Assembly (NCBI GenBank): GCA_964558755.1
Contig: CAZLFF010000009.1
Span: 1-62,292, forward strand
Direction: 5' to 3'
Source: an uncultured Pirellulaceae bacterium
GTDB lineage: Bacteria > Planctomycetota > Planctomycetia > Pirellulales > Pirellulaceae
Length of the DNA: 62,292 nucleotides
Part shown: piece after piece, positions 36,674 through 47,708 of the stretch
Layout: each line of letters begins with the position of its first letter
Numbering within the stretch: position 1 is the stretch's first letter
Translations under genes and position numbers: made by a program
Notes under the pieces: model-generated
The model's database searches: none
What the model saw: only the letters and a program-made list of their open reading frames with translations
What the model was told of the DNA's origin: nothing

Positions 36674-38734
36674 CTACGGACGTTTCTTTTTGGCGGCTTT
36701 GCGATCGGGGCGATAGCCCTGCCCCGGCGCGTAGCGGCCCTGCTTTTTCTTGCCTTTCTTTTTACCACCCGCTGCGGTTCCGTCAGGCATCTGATGCACG
36801 TACTCGCCGCGGAACTGCTTGCCGGCCATCTTGCGGCGTTGAATGACGGCTTCTTTGGGTGGCTTGGCGGGAATCAAGCAATCGCAACCGTTGCCGATTA
36901 GTTCACCACGGCCAGCTTTGCGTAACGCTTTGGCGACCTCAAAATAATTCTCGGGCTTGAAGAACTGCATCAACGCACGCTGCGTGTTGCGGTCCTTTAG
37001 CTTCTTGGCGATGAAAACGGGTTTCTTGGTGAACGGGTCCATCTCGGTGTAATACATCGTCGTCGCGACATCCAGCGGCGCGGGGATGAAGTCCTGCACT
37101 TGGTCGGGCTTGTAGCCATTGCGTTTCAAGAACACGGCCAGATCGATCATCGAGTTCACATCGCTGCCGGGATGCGACGAGATGAAATACGGAACCAAGT
37201 ATTGCTTTTTGCCGGATTCTTTTGACTGTTCGCGGAAAATGTCGCTGAAGTTTTCGAAATCGTCGACGCTTGGTTTTCGCATCTTGTCCAGCACGCCGTC
37301 GCTCGCATGTTCGGGCGCTACCTTCAACAGGCCACCCACGTGGTGCTCCGTCAGTTCCTTGACGTACTCGGGACTCCGACGAGCCAAATCCATCCGCACG
37401 CCGCTGGCGATCAGGACTTTCTTAACGCCTTTGACTTCGCGCGATTCCTTCATCAACTGGATCAGCGGGCCGTGGTCGGTGCCCAATAATTTGCAAATCT
37501 TGGGGTGAACGCAAGACTGACGCCGGCACTTGGCTTCGACCTCGGGGCGACTGCACTTCATTTGGTACATGTTGGCCGTCGGACCCCCGATGTCGCTGAC
37601 GACACCGCTGAATTTCGGATCGGCCGCCATCGTGTTCAACTCGCCCAACACACTGTCCTTCGAGCGCGATTGGATGACGCGACCCTGATGAGCCGTAATC
37701 GAACAGAAGGTACAGCCGCCAAAGCAGCCGCGCATGATGGTGACGGAATCCTTGATCGTGGCGAAGGCAGGGATCGGCTCCTTGTACGACGGATGAGCCT
37801 TGCGGGTGTATGGCAGTCCGTAGATCGCGTCCATGGCGTCTTGGCTGATCGGGAACTGCGGCGGGTTCACCACGACGGTGACGTTCCCGTGCTTTTGAGT
37901 CAGGCGTTTTGCGTTGTACGGGTTGGTTTCGTGATGAATGATTCGCGTCGCGTCAGCGAACGACCATTTGTCTTCTTTGACTTTTTCGAACGAGGGCAAT
38001 TCAATTGCGTCGTCAGGAATTGGGTCTTTGGCGCCCGCAACGTAAGCCACGCCCAGCATGTCGCGCAGGTCCTTGACCGTTTCGCCGGCGTCCAAGCGTT
38101 GAGCCATTTCGACGATCGGGTTTTCGCCCATCCCGTAAGCCACCAGGTCTGCCTTGGAGTCCAGCAGAATCGACTTGCGAACGTTGTCGCCCCAGTAGTC
38201 ATAATGAGCCAGCCGCCGTAGCGACGCTTCGACACCGCCCGCAATGACCGGCACGCCCTTGTAGGCCTCACGGGCTCGGTGGCAGTAGGACAGTGTGGCT
38301 CGATCGGGACGCAAACCAATGCGACCGCCCGGCGAGTACGCATCGCTGTTACGGACTTTACGGTTGGCCGTGTAATGGTTAATCATGCTGTCCATGTTCC
38401 CGGCACTAATGCCAAAGAACAAACGCGGGCGACCGAAGCGTTGCCAGTCCTTGCACGATCGCCAATCGGGTTGCGAGACGATGCCAACGCGGAATCCGGC
38501 GGCTTCTAACGTCCGCCCCAAGATCGCCATAGCAAAGCTTGGATGATCGATGTAGGCGTCCCCGGTAACGAACACCACATCCAGCTCATCCCAGCCCCGA
38601 GCCTTCGCTTCCTTCATCGACATCGGCAGCGGTAACTTGGCCGCAGGCGTTGGCTTCGCTTTGCCGGATAGGACCTCGAGCCTTACGCATTCTTTCTTCG
38701 CTTGGTCGAGTTTTTCAATAACAGGAAGTTGCAT
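36674..38734 (-). CDS. ygiQ: YgiQ family radical SAM protein
   Basis: GDAYIDHPSF, GNMDSM..HYT, GGVEASLRR, CFGGCTFC, DIGGPTANMY, KVAPEH, QVQDF. Confidence 0.93.
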   Translation of the reverse strand: MQLPVIEKLDQAKKECVRLEVLSGKAKPTPAAKLPLPMSMKEAKARGWDELDVVFVTGDAYIDHPSFAMAILGRTLEAAGFRVGIVSQPDWRSCKDWQRFGRPRLFFGISAGNMDSMINHYTANRKVRNSDAYSPGGRIGLRPDRATLSYCHRAREAYKGVPVIAGGVEASLRRLAHYDYWGDNVRKSILLDSKADLVAYGMGENPIVEMAQRLDAGETVKDLRDMLGVAYVAGAKDPIPDDAIELPSFEKVKEDKWSFADATRIIHHETNPYNAKRLTQKHGNVTVVVNPPQFPISQDAMDAIYGLPYTRKAHPSYKEPIPAFATIKDSVTIMRGCFGGCTFCSITAHQGRVIQSRSKDSVLGELNTMAADPKFSGVVSDIGGPTANMYQMKCSRPEVEAKCRRQSCVHPKICKLLGTDHGPLIQLMKESREVKGVKKVLIASGVRMDLARRSPEYVKELTEHHVGGLLKVAPEHASDGVLDKMRKPSVDDFENFSDIFREQSKESGKKQYLVPYFISSHPGSDVNSMIDLAVFLKRNGYKPDQVQDFIPAPLDVATTMYYTEMDPFTKKPVFIAKKLKDRNTQRALMQFFKPENYFEVAKALRKAGRGELIGNGCDCLIPAKPPKEAVIQRRKMAGKQFRGEYVHQMPDGTAAGGKKKGKKKQGRYAPGQGYRPDRKAAKKKRP

Positions 38735-39410
38735 GGTCGTTGGACAGGCTGCCCGCCCCGTTCAAAGAATGATGAGCAAGAGTGTCGCCCGATAAAACGC
38801 GTGAGAACAAAAGCCGAACGGTGCGCGGTCGATCTAGGCCACTCCATCATGACGCATCGTCGGCCCAATGACGATGCATAAACGCCTATTATCAGGTAAA
38901 ACGGCCATCTTCGCAGCCGATTCGGATCGCCGCCGTCCCAATCGGAAAAGTTGCCGAAAAGTCGTTTGTTACCGCCGCGGAATTCAGTTGGATAAGGCAA
39001 TGCCAGAACCCCGCTCTAAACGTTACCGCCACCATCCCAATTGGTTTGGCCCTTGCTAGGGATTCCGAGCATTTGCCGGCGGCGGCACGGATCCGTTTCA
39101 CCAAGCAGCGTTCTTTTGCCTCACCAAAATCTTGCTGTCAACTGAAAGCAAACCAGTTCCCATTTGTCAAGGGTTCAGTTCGGGTTGGACGACCGATTGT
39201 GCAAAATAGGTGCTGCTGTTTTGTCGCATGTTCGACGCGACCTTCCTCGTCAGAACACTGCCAGCAGCGGTTGGGCATTCAGTCGGGTGGCCGTACAATG
39301 TGATGTTCGAAATCTGCGCGCGTGTTGCTTTGCCTACTCTTGGCGAATGGTTGATGGACCCACGTCGACCGCTCAACACGACCAACTACTGGACGGACTC
39401 ACCTACGCTT

Positions 39411-42400
39411 ATGCCTGCTTCGGATATCGTCGTCAAAGGTGCTCGCGAGCACAACCTTCAGGACGTCAACCTTGTTCTGCCCCGCAATCAGTTGATTTGC
39501 CTGACCGGCGTCAGTGGAAGCGGTAAAAGTTCTTTCGCGTTCGACACTGTGTTTGCAGAAGGCCAGCGTCGCTACGTCGAAAGCCTGTCCTCGTACGCGC
39601 GGCAGTTCTTGGGACAGATGCCCAAGCCCGACGTTGATTTGATTTCGGGTTTGAGCCCGTCGATTTCGATTGCCCAGAAATCATCCGGCAACAATCCGCG
39701 CTCGACCGTCGGAACGATCACGGAGATTTATGACTTCTTGCGCGTGTTGTTTGCTCGGGTCGGCCAAGGTTACTGCCCCAAGTGCGATCAACCGATCTCC
39801 GCCCAGTCGCGAGACCAGATCGTGGGCAGCATTCTGCAACTAGAGAAAGGCACCGACTATGCCGTGCTGGCTCCGGTTGTGCGGAACCAGAAAGGCGAGC
39901 ACCGGGATCTGCTGACCGATTTGCAGAAGCAAGGCTACGTTCGCGTTCGCGTCGACGGTGAGGTCGTTCCGCTGGCTAGCGAGATCAATCTCGACCGCAC
40001 CAAGCGACACAACGTCGAGGTTGTGATCGATAGGTTAACAGCTCGCGGCGATATTCGCGGGCGACTGGGGGAAGCCGTCGAGGCCGCGTTGAAACTGGGC
40101 AAGGGCACGTTGATCGTGTCCGTCGATGCGGGCGAAGCCCCCGCGCCAGCGCCGGTCGACCGTGATGGCGGTGACTCGAGCGAGGATGATAGTGATACGA
40201 AGAAGGCCAAGCAGACCAAACGCAAGACTCGAGGCCGCAAGAAATCAGTCCCCGCTGGCGATCGAGTTTACTCGGCCGACTACGCCTGTGCGAACTGTGG
40301 CATTAGCTTCAACCCGCCCACCCCGCAGATGTTTAGCTTCAACAGCCCGCAAGGCATGTGCGGTAGCTGCGACGGGTTGGGCGAAGTGTTTACGTTTGAC
40401 CGCGACCTGATGGTGCCGGACCCTAGCAAGTCGTTCCAGCAAGGTGCGATCGAGTTGTTGGGTAAATGGAAAACGATGGGACGCTGGCGGCGTCACATTT
40501 ATCAGGGGGTTGCCGACGCGGTCGAGAAAGATCGTGGCTGGGAGGAAGGCACGCTGCTGGAAACCGCGTGGGAGGAATTGACCGAAGAACAACAAGATCT
40601 GTGGCTGTACGGCACCGGCGATTTGCACATCACCTACACGTGGCGCGGCGGTAACTCGCCCATGAAGTACGGCGGTAACTTCGAGGGGCTGGTCAGCGAG
40701 TTCGATGAAAAATATCGCAACACCAGTAGCGCGCCGAAGCTGCGGGCGCTGGAAGAATACATGGCCGAAATCCACTGCGTCGACTGCGACGGCGCACGGC
40801 TGAACGCTCAAGCGAGAAACTTCCGGTTGGATTCAGCCAGTCCAAAATTCGCGGAGAATCCTAGCCAGACGATTTCCGAGATCTGTGATCTCTCGATCGC
40901 TGACGCGCACGAGTTCTTTGCGGGGCTCGATCTGGACGACACGAAGCAGTTCGTTGCAACCGAACCGATCAAGGAGATTCGAAACCGGTTGGGCTTTTTG
41001 CTGAATGTTGGTTTGGATTACCTGATGCTTAATCGCACTGCCCCGACTCTTTCGGGTGGTGAAACCCAGCGAATTCGGCTCGCCGGGCAGATTGGTGCCG
41101 GCTTGGTGGGCGTGTTGTACATTTTGGACGAGCCGTCGATTGGCTTGCACCCGCGCGACAACGATCGCTTGATTAGCACGCTTCAGCATCTACGTGATCT
41201 TGGCAACACGGTCGTCGTCGTCGAGCACGATGAAGACACGATGCGTGAGTGTGATTACTTGATCGATTTTGGGCCGGGACCGGGCGTGCGCGGTGGCGAG
41301 GTGGTTGTTGAAGGTCACCCGTCGGAGATCATCAAAAGCAAAAAGAGCGTGACGGCTCAGTACCTGAGCGGTCGTCTTGAGATCGCGGTGCCAGATAAAC
41401 GCCGCGAGGGCGATCCGGCGAAGCAGCTAAAAATCAGCGGCGCTCGACACAACAATCTGAAAGATGTTGACATCGAGATCCCGCTGGGCAAGTTCGTTTG
41501 TGTGACTGGCGTCAGCGGCAGCGGCAAGAGTTCGTTCGTCAACGAAATCTTGAAGGAGGAACTGCGTGAACGCCTGAACGGCGGCATCGGCGATCCGGGT
41601 GACTTCGACCAGATCGAGGGCGTCGAGTTGCTCGATAAAATGATCGCGATCGACCAATCGCCCATCGGTCGCACGCCCCGCTCGAATCCGGGGACTTATA
41701 TCAAGCTGTTCGACGAGATCCGAAAACTTTACACCCAGTTGCCAGAAGCCAAAAAGCGTGGCTACGCGGCGGGACGGTTTAGCTTCAACGTCAAAGGCGG
41801 CCGGTGCGAGGCTTGCGAAGGGAACGGATCGAACAAGCTGGAGATGGATTTTTTGGCCGACGTGTGGGTGACGTGCCCGGTCTGTGAGGGCCAGCGTTTC
41901 AATCGCGAGACCTTGCAGGTCAAGTTCCGCGGCAAGTCGATCGCGGATGTTTTGAACATGGACATTCAGGAGGCGATGCAGTTCTTCGAGAACGTGCCGA
42001 CGGTGCTCAAGAAACTGAAAACGCTGCACGATGTCGGGTTGGATTACCTGAAAATTGGTCAGCCTTCGCCTACGCTGTCCGGCGGCGAGGCCCAACGGAT
42101 CAAGCTGGCGCGGGAACTGGTCAAGCGCAGCACGGGCAAGACGCTGTACTTGCTGGACGAACCAACGACTGGCCTGCACTTTGCCGACATTCAGTTGCTG
42201 TTGAAAGTTTTGCAAAACTTCGTTGAAGCCGGCAACACGGTGTTGGTCGTTGAGCATAACTTGGACGTCATCAAAACGGCCGACTGGATCATCGACATTG
42301 GCCCCGAAGGCGGCAGCGGCGGCGGTGAAGTCGTTGTGGCGGGCACGCCTGAGGAGGTCGCTGCGTGCGATCGGTCGTACACCGGCAAAGCGCTTAAGAA

Positions 42401-45400
42401 AACGTTGGCGGAGCGTCCTGAGATTCCCAAGCCGAAAAAGGGTGGCTCCAACGCGCCTGTTCAGGCGACGGAGATTAAGGTTCGCGGGGCGAAGCAGCAT
42501 AGTTTGAAAACGATCGACGTCGATGTGAATCGCGACAAGATGTCGGTCTTCTGCGGTCCGTCAGGAAGCGGCAAAAGTTCGATGGCGATGAGCACAATCT
42601 ACGCCGAAGGTCAGCGGCGATATGTCGAAAGCCTGTCTAGTTACGCACGGCAGTTCGTGAACCAACTGGAGAAGCCTCGCGTCGATCAGATCGAAGGTCT
42701 CTCGCCCGCGATCGCGATCGAGCAAAAGAATCTCAGTAGTTCACCCCGTTCGACCGTGGGGACGGTCACCGAAGTATACGACTACCTGAGGATTTTGATG
42801 GCTCGTTTGGGTGAGCCTCATTGCCCCGATTGCAACATCCCGATCGGGACTCAGACCAGCGACAACATCGTTGACAAGATTCTACGCTACGAAGAAGGCA
42901 CGCGGCTAATGATGCTCGCGCCGATCGAGCCCGATCAGACGCAGAGTTACGAGCAGTTGTTTGACGACATTAAAGGCAGCGGCTTCGTTCGCGTTCGAAT
43001 CGATAACAAAACTTACGGCATCGACGAGGTGCCGGAGCTCAATCGTCGCTCGCGGGTTGCGATTGAGATCGTGGTCGATCGTTTGGTGGTCAAGCAAGAG
43101 TCTCGCTCGCGAATCGCTGACAGTGCGGAATCGGCGTTGGCGATCGGCAAAGGTGTGCTACTGATTGCCGAGCCAAACAAAGACGTTGACGAGAAGCACT
43201 GGAAAGTCGTCAAACACAGCCAGCACCTTGCGTGCGAGTGTTGCGGACGCAGTTTCGACGCGCTGACACCGCACAATTTTAGTTTCAACAGCCAGCTGGG
43301 TTGGTGTGAAGACTGTGAAGGCATCGGGACTCAAACCGGAGCCAATCCGAATGTCGTAATGAATGACGGCGAGTTGTCGCTGGGCGACGGTGCGATCGGT
43401 TTGTGGCCGGACGTCGCGACCAAAACGTCAAAACAAATGCTGACCGCGTGGACGCGTGGAACCGGGATTCCGATCGACAAGCCGTTCAATCAACTGGACG
43501 CTCGCCAGCGTCGGTTGGTCTTTTTCGGCACCGGCGATCGTTGGTTTGACGCGTTGGACAAGGACAAGAACGTTGCGTTCAGCTTCCAGTACAAGGGCGT
43601 GTTCCCGACGATGGACGAGGCCTCGCGGCTGTCGGCTCGTCTGCGACAGCACCTGCAATCACTGATCGGCGAAGTCGAGTGTGGCACTTGCGGTGGCAGT
43701 CGATTGCGTGACGATGCGGCGGCGGTGCAGTTCCGCGAGCTGTCGATCGATGGGATTTGTCGCATGCCGATGGGCGAACTGCAGCGGACGCTGAAGAAGT
43801 GGAAGCTGGACAAACGGGAGAAAAAGATTGCGGGCGAATTGATTCGCGAGATCACCGGTCGTATCCAGTTCTTGAACGATGTAGGGCTTGAGTACCTGAC
43901 TCTCTCGCGCACCGCGGCGTCGCTGTCCAACGGCGAAGCACAGCGGATCCGTTTGGCCAGTCAGCTGGGCAGTGGATTGTGTGGCGTGCTGTATGTTCTG
44001 GACGAGCCGACGATTGGCTTGCACCCGCGCGACAACCATCGTTTGCTCAAGGCTCTGCATCGCCTGCGAGATTTGGGCAACACGTTGATCGTGGTCGAGC
44101 ACGACAAGGAAGTCATCGAAAACAGTGACGAAGTATTCGACTTCGGACCGAAAGCGGGCACCGGTGGCGGCCAGATCGTGGCGTCGGGCACTCCGACCGC
44201 GTTGGCAAAAAAGAAGGGCTCGGTCACCGGCCCGTTCCTTAGCGGCAAGAAATCCATTCCAATCCCGTCCAACCGACGCCCGGCGTTGGTGCTGCAGAAT
44301 CCGGGACCGGATAAGAAGCCTTGGAAGAAGACGGACCCGGACCTGCCGACCGAGTTGGTCAATACGATCGACGTCGTGCAGGCTCGGCATAATAACCTGA
44401 AGAACATCAACGTTCGTTTTCCGCTTGAGACGCTGACGGTCGTGACGGGGCCGAGCGGTTGCGGCAAGAGTTCGCTGGTGAACGAAATTCTGTACAACTC
44501 GCTGGCGCGGCGTCTGCATCGAGCGTCGACCGTGCCGGGGGCTCATCGCGGGATTCGCGGTATCGAGCACATCAATAAAGTGATTCGTGTCGATCAGACT
44601 CCGCTGGGCAACAGTCCTTCCTCCAACCCGGCGACTTACACGGGCGCGTTTGATCTGATCCGCGAACTTTTCGCTCAGCTTCCCGACGCCAAAGTCCGCG
44701 GTTACACAGCGCGGCGGTTTAGCTTCAACGTGCCGGGCGGACGGTGCGAGGAGTGCTTTGGCAACGGTCAGATTTGCATTGAGATGCACTTCTTGCCTGA
44801 CGTGTGGGTCGAGTGCGAGGCGTGCCGCGGGCGGCGCTACAATGAGGACACGCTGGCCGTTCGTTACAACGGTAAAACGATCGATGACGTGCTGAAAATG
44901 TCTTGCGGTGAGGGCATCAAGCACTTCTCGAACATCCCCAAGATTCGGCGCATCTTGCAAACGCTGTGTGATGTGGGGCTGGATTACCTAACGTTGGGCC
45001 AGAGTGCGCCGACGCTGTCGGGTGGAGAAGCCCAGCGTGTGAAACTGTCCGCCGAACTCGCGCGTCCTGACACGGGGCGAACGTTGTACTTGTTGGACGA
45101 ACCCACCACAGGACTGCACTTTGAGGACTTGAGCAAGTTGCTCGAAGTGCTGCAACGCTTGGTCGATGTGGGTAATAGCGTCGTCTTGATCGAACACAAC
45201 CTCGACTTGATTAAAGCGGCCGACTGGGTGATCGACATGGGACCGGAGGCTGGAATCGGTGGCGGTCAGATCGTCGTCCAGGGTACCCCTGAGCGCATCG
45301 TCGAGTATGCGGCGAACGCGAAGGCCGCAGCCACTAAGACGGGTAAGAGCAAGGCCGGTTTGCCTCGCAGTTATACGGGCGAAGCGCTCGCACCGATTCT

Positions 45401-46427
45401 GGCCAGTGACCCGTATAAGAAACGCAAGGCCTACGATCCTTCGAAGGATGATCGTTGGAAGAAAGGCGACATGGACATCGAAGACGTCGGCGCCAACGCG
45501 CAGATGCCTTGGGAGGCCGACGGTCGCCGCTGGCACACGATTGATCGCGTTGCTCGGGGTGGCGAGCCGGTAAAGTGGGACGGTGACTTGGTGGCTCGCG
45601 TCGTTGATCGAATCCAAGAGAACGAAGGCTTTAGCGAAACGAAGTGGAACGAACAGACTCGCGTTGAGATCAGCGGCACGAAGAAAAGTGCTGGTTGGTT
45701 CTTTCACGCGATCACCGGCGACGCGTGGTTTGTGAAGCTCAAATTCCACGTGCGACCGAGAACGTTTAAGCGCGAGGACTTGATCGCTCGGCTACCGTTG
45801 CGGACGCCCAACGAGATGGACGAAGTTCCCGTTTATGGGAATGCTCCGCGAGTGAAGCTAACTAACACCAAAGCTGCGTGGCAGGAGGTCGAGATCCGAG
45901 CGCACACGATGCAGGAGCTTGACCATCCCGAGTTCTGGAAGTTCGTGGACGAAGCGATCGATAGTTTCCTCAAACGGACTCAGGCCAAGGACGCGAAGAT
46001 CAGCGACGAAACGCCGTGGGCCAAGCTCGGTCGTAAGTGGCATTTCATGCCCAAAGGTTTTGCGGCGGGCAAAGAAGTTGAGTGGGACGTGAAGGTTCTG
46101 GAAACCCTGCAAACGGTTTTGGAGAAGACCGTTCCCGGCGGCGAGTTCGAATGGAGCAATAAACAGGTGGTTCACTTCCGTCGCCCGGATGAGAAGGACC
46201 CGCTGGTTAGTATCCAAACGAAGAAGACGGACGGAGTTTGGCTGCACGTTCCGGCACCCAAGGACAGCGTGACGGCAGGCCAAGTGGCTGATATTGCCGA
46301 GGATTGTTCCGTGACCTCCGGCAGTAAGGGCGACACCCTGAAAATGAGCTTCCGCAGCGTCGATCAAGTTAAAAACAAAGAACTGAAAAAGTTCCTCAAG
46401 GAGCATATCGATTCGCTGCCAGCGTAG
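39411..46427 (+). CDS. uvrA: Excinuclease ABC subunit A, tandem-duplicated, with C-terminal extension
   Basis: Four Walker A motifs (GVSGSGKSS x2, GPSGSGKSS, GPSGCGKSS), LSGGE x3 plus LSNGE, LDEP x4, zinc-finger CxxC pairs; start MPASDIVVKGAREHNL. Confidence 0.95.
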   Translation: MPASDIVVKGAREHNLQDVNLVLPRNQLICLTGVSGSGKSSFAFDTVFAEGQRRYVESLSSYARQFLGQMPKPDVDLISGLSPSISIAQKSSGNNPRSTVGTITEIYDFLRVLFARVGQGYCPKCDQPISAQSRDQIVGSILQLEKGTDYAVLAPVVRNQKGEHRDLLTDLQKQGYVRVRVDGEVVPLASEINLDRTKRHNVEVVIDRLTARGDIRGRLGEAVEAALKLGKGTLIVSVDAGEAPAPAPVDRDGGDSSEDDSDTKKAKQTKRKTRGRKKSVPAGDRVYSADYACANCGISFNPPTPQMFSFNSPQGMCGSCDGLGEVFTFDRDLMVPDPSKSFQQGAIELLGKWKTMGRWRRHIYQGVADAVEKDRGWEEGTLLETAWEELTEEQQDLWLYGTGDLHITYTWRGGNSPMKYGGNFEGLVSEFDEKYRNTSSAPKLRALEEYMAEIHCVDCDGARLNAQARNFRLDSASPKFAENPSQTISEICDLSIADAHEFFAGLDLDDTKQFVATEPIKEIRNRLGFLLNVGLDYLMLNRTAPTLSGGETQRIRLAGQIGAGLVGVLYILDEPSIGLHPRDNDRLISTLQHLRDLGNTVVVVEHDEDTMRECDYLIDFGPGPGVRGGEVVVEGHPSEIIKSKKSVTAQYLSGRLEIAVPDKRREGDPAKQLKISGARHNNLKDVDIEIPLGKFVCVTGVSGSGKSSFVNEILKEELRERLNGGIGDPGDFDQIEGVELLDKMIAIDQSPIGRTPRSNPGTYIKLFDEIRKLYTQLPEAKKRGYAAGRFSFNVKGGRCEACEGNGSNKLEMDFLADVWVTCPVCEGQRFNRETLQVKFRGKSIADVLNMDIQEAMQFFENVPTVLKKLKTLHDVGLDYLKIGQPSPTLSGGEAQRIKLARELVKRSTGKTLYLLDEPTTGLHFADIQLLLKVLQNFVEAGNTVLVVEHNLDVIKTADWIIDIGPEGGSGGGEVVVAGTPEEVAACDRSYTGKALKKTLAERPEIPKPKKGGSNAPVQATEIKVRGAKQHSLKTIDVDVNRDKMSVFCGPSGSGKSSMAMSTIYAEGQRRYVESLSSYARQFVNQLEKPRVDQIEGLSPAIAIEQKNLSSSPRSTVGTVTEVYDYLRILMARLGEPHCPDCNIPIGTQTSDNIVDKILRYEEGTRLMMLAPIEPDQTQSYEQLFDDIKGSGFVRVRIDNKTYGIDEVPELNRRSRVAIEIVVDRLVVKQESRSRIADSAESALAIGKGVLLIAEPNKDVDEKHWKVVKHSQHLACECCGRSFDALTPHNFSFNSQLGWCEDCEGIGTQTGANPNVVMNDGELSLGDGAIGLWPDVATKTSKQMLTAWTRGTGIPIDKPFNQLDARQRRLVFFGTGDRWFDALDKDKNVAFSFQYKGVFPTMDEASRLSARLRQHLQSLIGEVECGTCGGSRLRDDAAAVQFRELSIDGICRMPMGELQRTLKKWKLDKREKKIAGELIREITGRIQFLNDVGLEYLTLSRTAASLSNGEAQRIRLASQLGSGLCGVLYVLDEPTIGLHPRDNHRLLKALHRLRDLGNTLIVVEHDKEVIENSDEVFDFGPKAGTGGGQIVASGTPTALAKKKGSVTGPFLSGKKSIPIPSNRRPALVLQNPGPDKKPWKKTDPDLPTELVNTIDVVQARHNNLKNINVRFPLETLTVVTGPSGCGKSSLVNEILYNSLARRLHRASTVPGAHRGIRGIEHINKVIRVDQTPLGNSPSSNPATYTGAFDLIRELFAQLPDAKVRGYTARRFSFNVPGGRCEECFGNGQICIEMHFLPDVWVECEACRGRRYNEDTLAVRYNGKTIDDVLKMSCGEGIKHFSNIPKIRRILQTLCDVGLDYLTLGQSAPTLSGGEAQRVKLSAELARPDTGRTLYLLDEPTTGLHFEDLSKLLEVLQRLVDVGNSVVLIEHNLDLIKAADWVIDMGPEAGIGGGQIVVQGTPERIVEYAANAKAAATKTGKSKAGLPRSYTGEALAPILASDPYKKRKAYDPSKDDRWKKGDMDIEDVGANAQMPWEADGRRWHTIDRVARGGEPVKWDGDLVARVVDRIQENEGFSETKWNEQTRVEISGTKKSAGWFFHAITGDAWFVKLKFHVRPRTFKREDLIARLPLRTPNEMDEVPVYGNAPRVKLTNTKAAWQEVEIRAHTMQELDHPEFWKFVDEAIDSFLKRTQAKDAKISDETPWAKLGRKWHFMPKGFAAGKEVEWDVKVLETLQTVLEKTVPGGEFEWSNKQVVHFRRPDEKDPLVSIQTKKTDGVWLHVPAPKDSVTAGQVADIAEDCSVTSGSKGDTLKMSFRSVDQVKNKELKKFLKEHIDSLPA

Positions 46428-46490
46428 AAAAAGCAGAACTGTTTCGTCTCAAGAAGACACCGATTCCCTGCAAACCATTACCTTTGAATT

Positions 46491-46778
46491 TTGTCCGCCA
46501 TCGTGGTGAAGACCATCACAATTTATTTGCTGGCTGTTGTGACGCTTAGCTTGGTTACCTTCGCCGTTTACGGCTGGGACAAGCGACAGGCTCAGCGGCA
46601 CGGTTGGCGGACGCCAGAGAAAACGTTGCACCTCCTGTCGTTGCTAGGCGGCTGGCCCGGTGCGATTTTTGCTCAACAAATTTTCCGACACAAAACTCAG
46701 AAACTATCCTTTCAAGTTACTTTTTGGATCACCATTGCGTTGCATCTGGCGGCCGTTGTTATGGTCGCTTGGCCGTAG
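46491..46778 (+). CDS. DUF1294 domain membrane protein
   Basis: YGWDK..A....WRTPEKTL...GGWPGA..AQ..FRHKT.K..F. Confidence 0.85.
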   Translation: MSAIVVKTITIYLLAVVTLSLVTFAVYGWDKRQAQRHGWRTPEKTLHLLSLLGGWPGAIFAQQIFRHKTQKLSFQVTFWITIALHLAAVVMVAWP

Positions 46779-46836
46779 CGTTCGCGGGCGAGAGCAGCCG
46801 ATTGCATGCAGAGCACAGCTTGCCGATTTGTGATTG

Positions 46837-46870
46837 CCGAACACCGAACACCGAACACCGAAAACTGAAA
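46837..46870. repeat. Heptamer tandem repeat
   Basis: (CCGAACA)3 CCGAAAA CTGAAA abutting ATG 46871. Confidence 0.75.
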
Positions 46871-47530
46871 ATGTCCAACGTCATCACCAAACAGATCCCC
46901 AAAAACTTGCTCTTTCGCTACCGCATTGCCTGCCGCTACGCGAAACTGAAAGCGAGCGAAAAGTTCGAGTTGGATGAAACGCATCAGCTGCAGAACTTTG
47001 GCGGCTTTGAAGGCCAAGAGCCGTACGCTGATGTCCGCGCTGCGTGGAATGAGAAAGGTCTCTTCTTTAGTGTTGAAGTCACCACGAAAAAGCAATCACT
47101 GTGGTGTCGCGAGAATCAGCTGATGGAGAGCGACGGGGTGCAACTGTGGATCGACACGCGCGACACTCATAACGTCCACCGAGCCACTCGGTTCTGTCAT
47201 TGGTTCGCCATGCTGCCCAGTGGTGGTGGAGCCAAGCAGGATAAGCCCGTCATCAGCACACTCAAGATTAACCGCAGCCGCGAGGACTCGCCGGCGATCA
47301 ACCGTGCGAAGCTGAAGGCCAATAGCTCGGTGACCAAGAAAGGTTATCGCGTTACCACCTATATCCCAAGCGAGGCGCTCAATGGGTGGAACGTTGATGA
47401 CCATCGCCAGCTTGGCTTTAACTACGCGATCACTGATCGAGAACTCGGATGGCAAACGCTGGCGATTGGCCCCGAGCTACCGATCGCCGAGGACCCCGCG
47501 CTTTGGCAAACGCTGCACTTGGTGGACTAG
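46871..47530 (+). CDS. CBM9-like / DOMON-like sugar-binding domain protein
   Basis: AWNEKGLFF.V.V, DGVQLWIDTR, GY....IP, GFN..I.D pattern of the CBM9-like fold. Confidence 0.65.
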   Translation: MSNVITKQIPKNLLFRYRIACRYAKLKASEKFELDETHQLQNFGGFEGQEPYADVRAAWNEKGLFFSVEVTTKKQSLWCRENQLMESDGVQLWIDTRDTHNVHRATRFCHWFAMLPSGGGAKQDKPVISTLKINRSREDSPAINRAKLKANSSVTKKGYRVTTYIPSEALNGWNVDDHRQLGFNYAITDRELGWQTLAIGPELPIAEDPALWQTLHLVD

Positions 47531-47708
47531 CGTAAGTTTCCTCGTGCGAGCCCACGGATGTGCTTTCCTGGTCGATTGACTCACTTCTTTTGTGCGGACG
47601 TTTGGGCAAAACTTGGCACGCCGTGGTTTGAAAGCGTTTTCGGTTTGGGTGATATGTAAAAAGTGGGTCATTTTTATCGATTAGTTCAAGTTTAAGGGGG
47701 CCGGCTCG

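Noticed and set aside
38854-38877. GCATCGTC-N8-GACGATGC inverted repeat between ygiQ and uvrA as an SOS box
   Set aside because: Over 500 nt from the uvrA start and not matching any LexA box I can vouch for; may be chance
41427-45749. Long antisense ORFs (357, 433 and 253 aa) inside uvrA
   Set aside because: Typical antisense shadows of a GC-rich coding sequence, with no recognisable motifs
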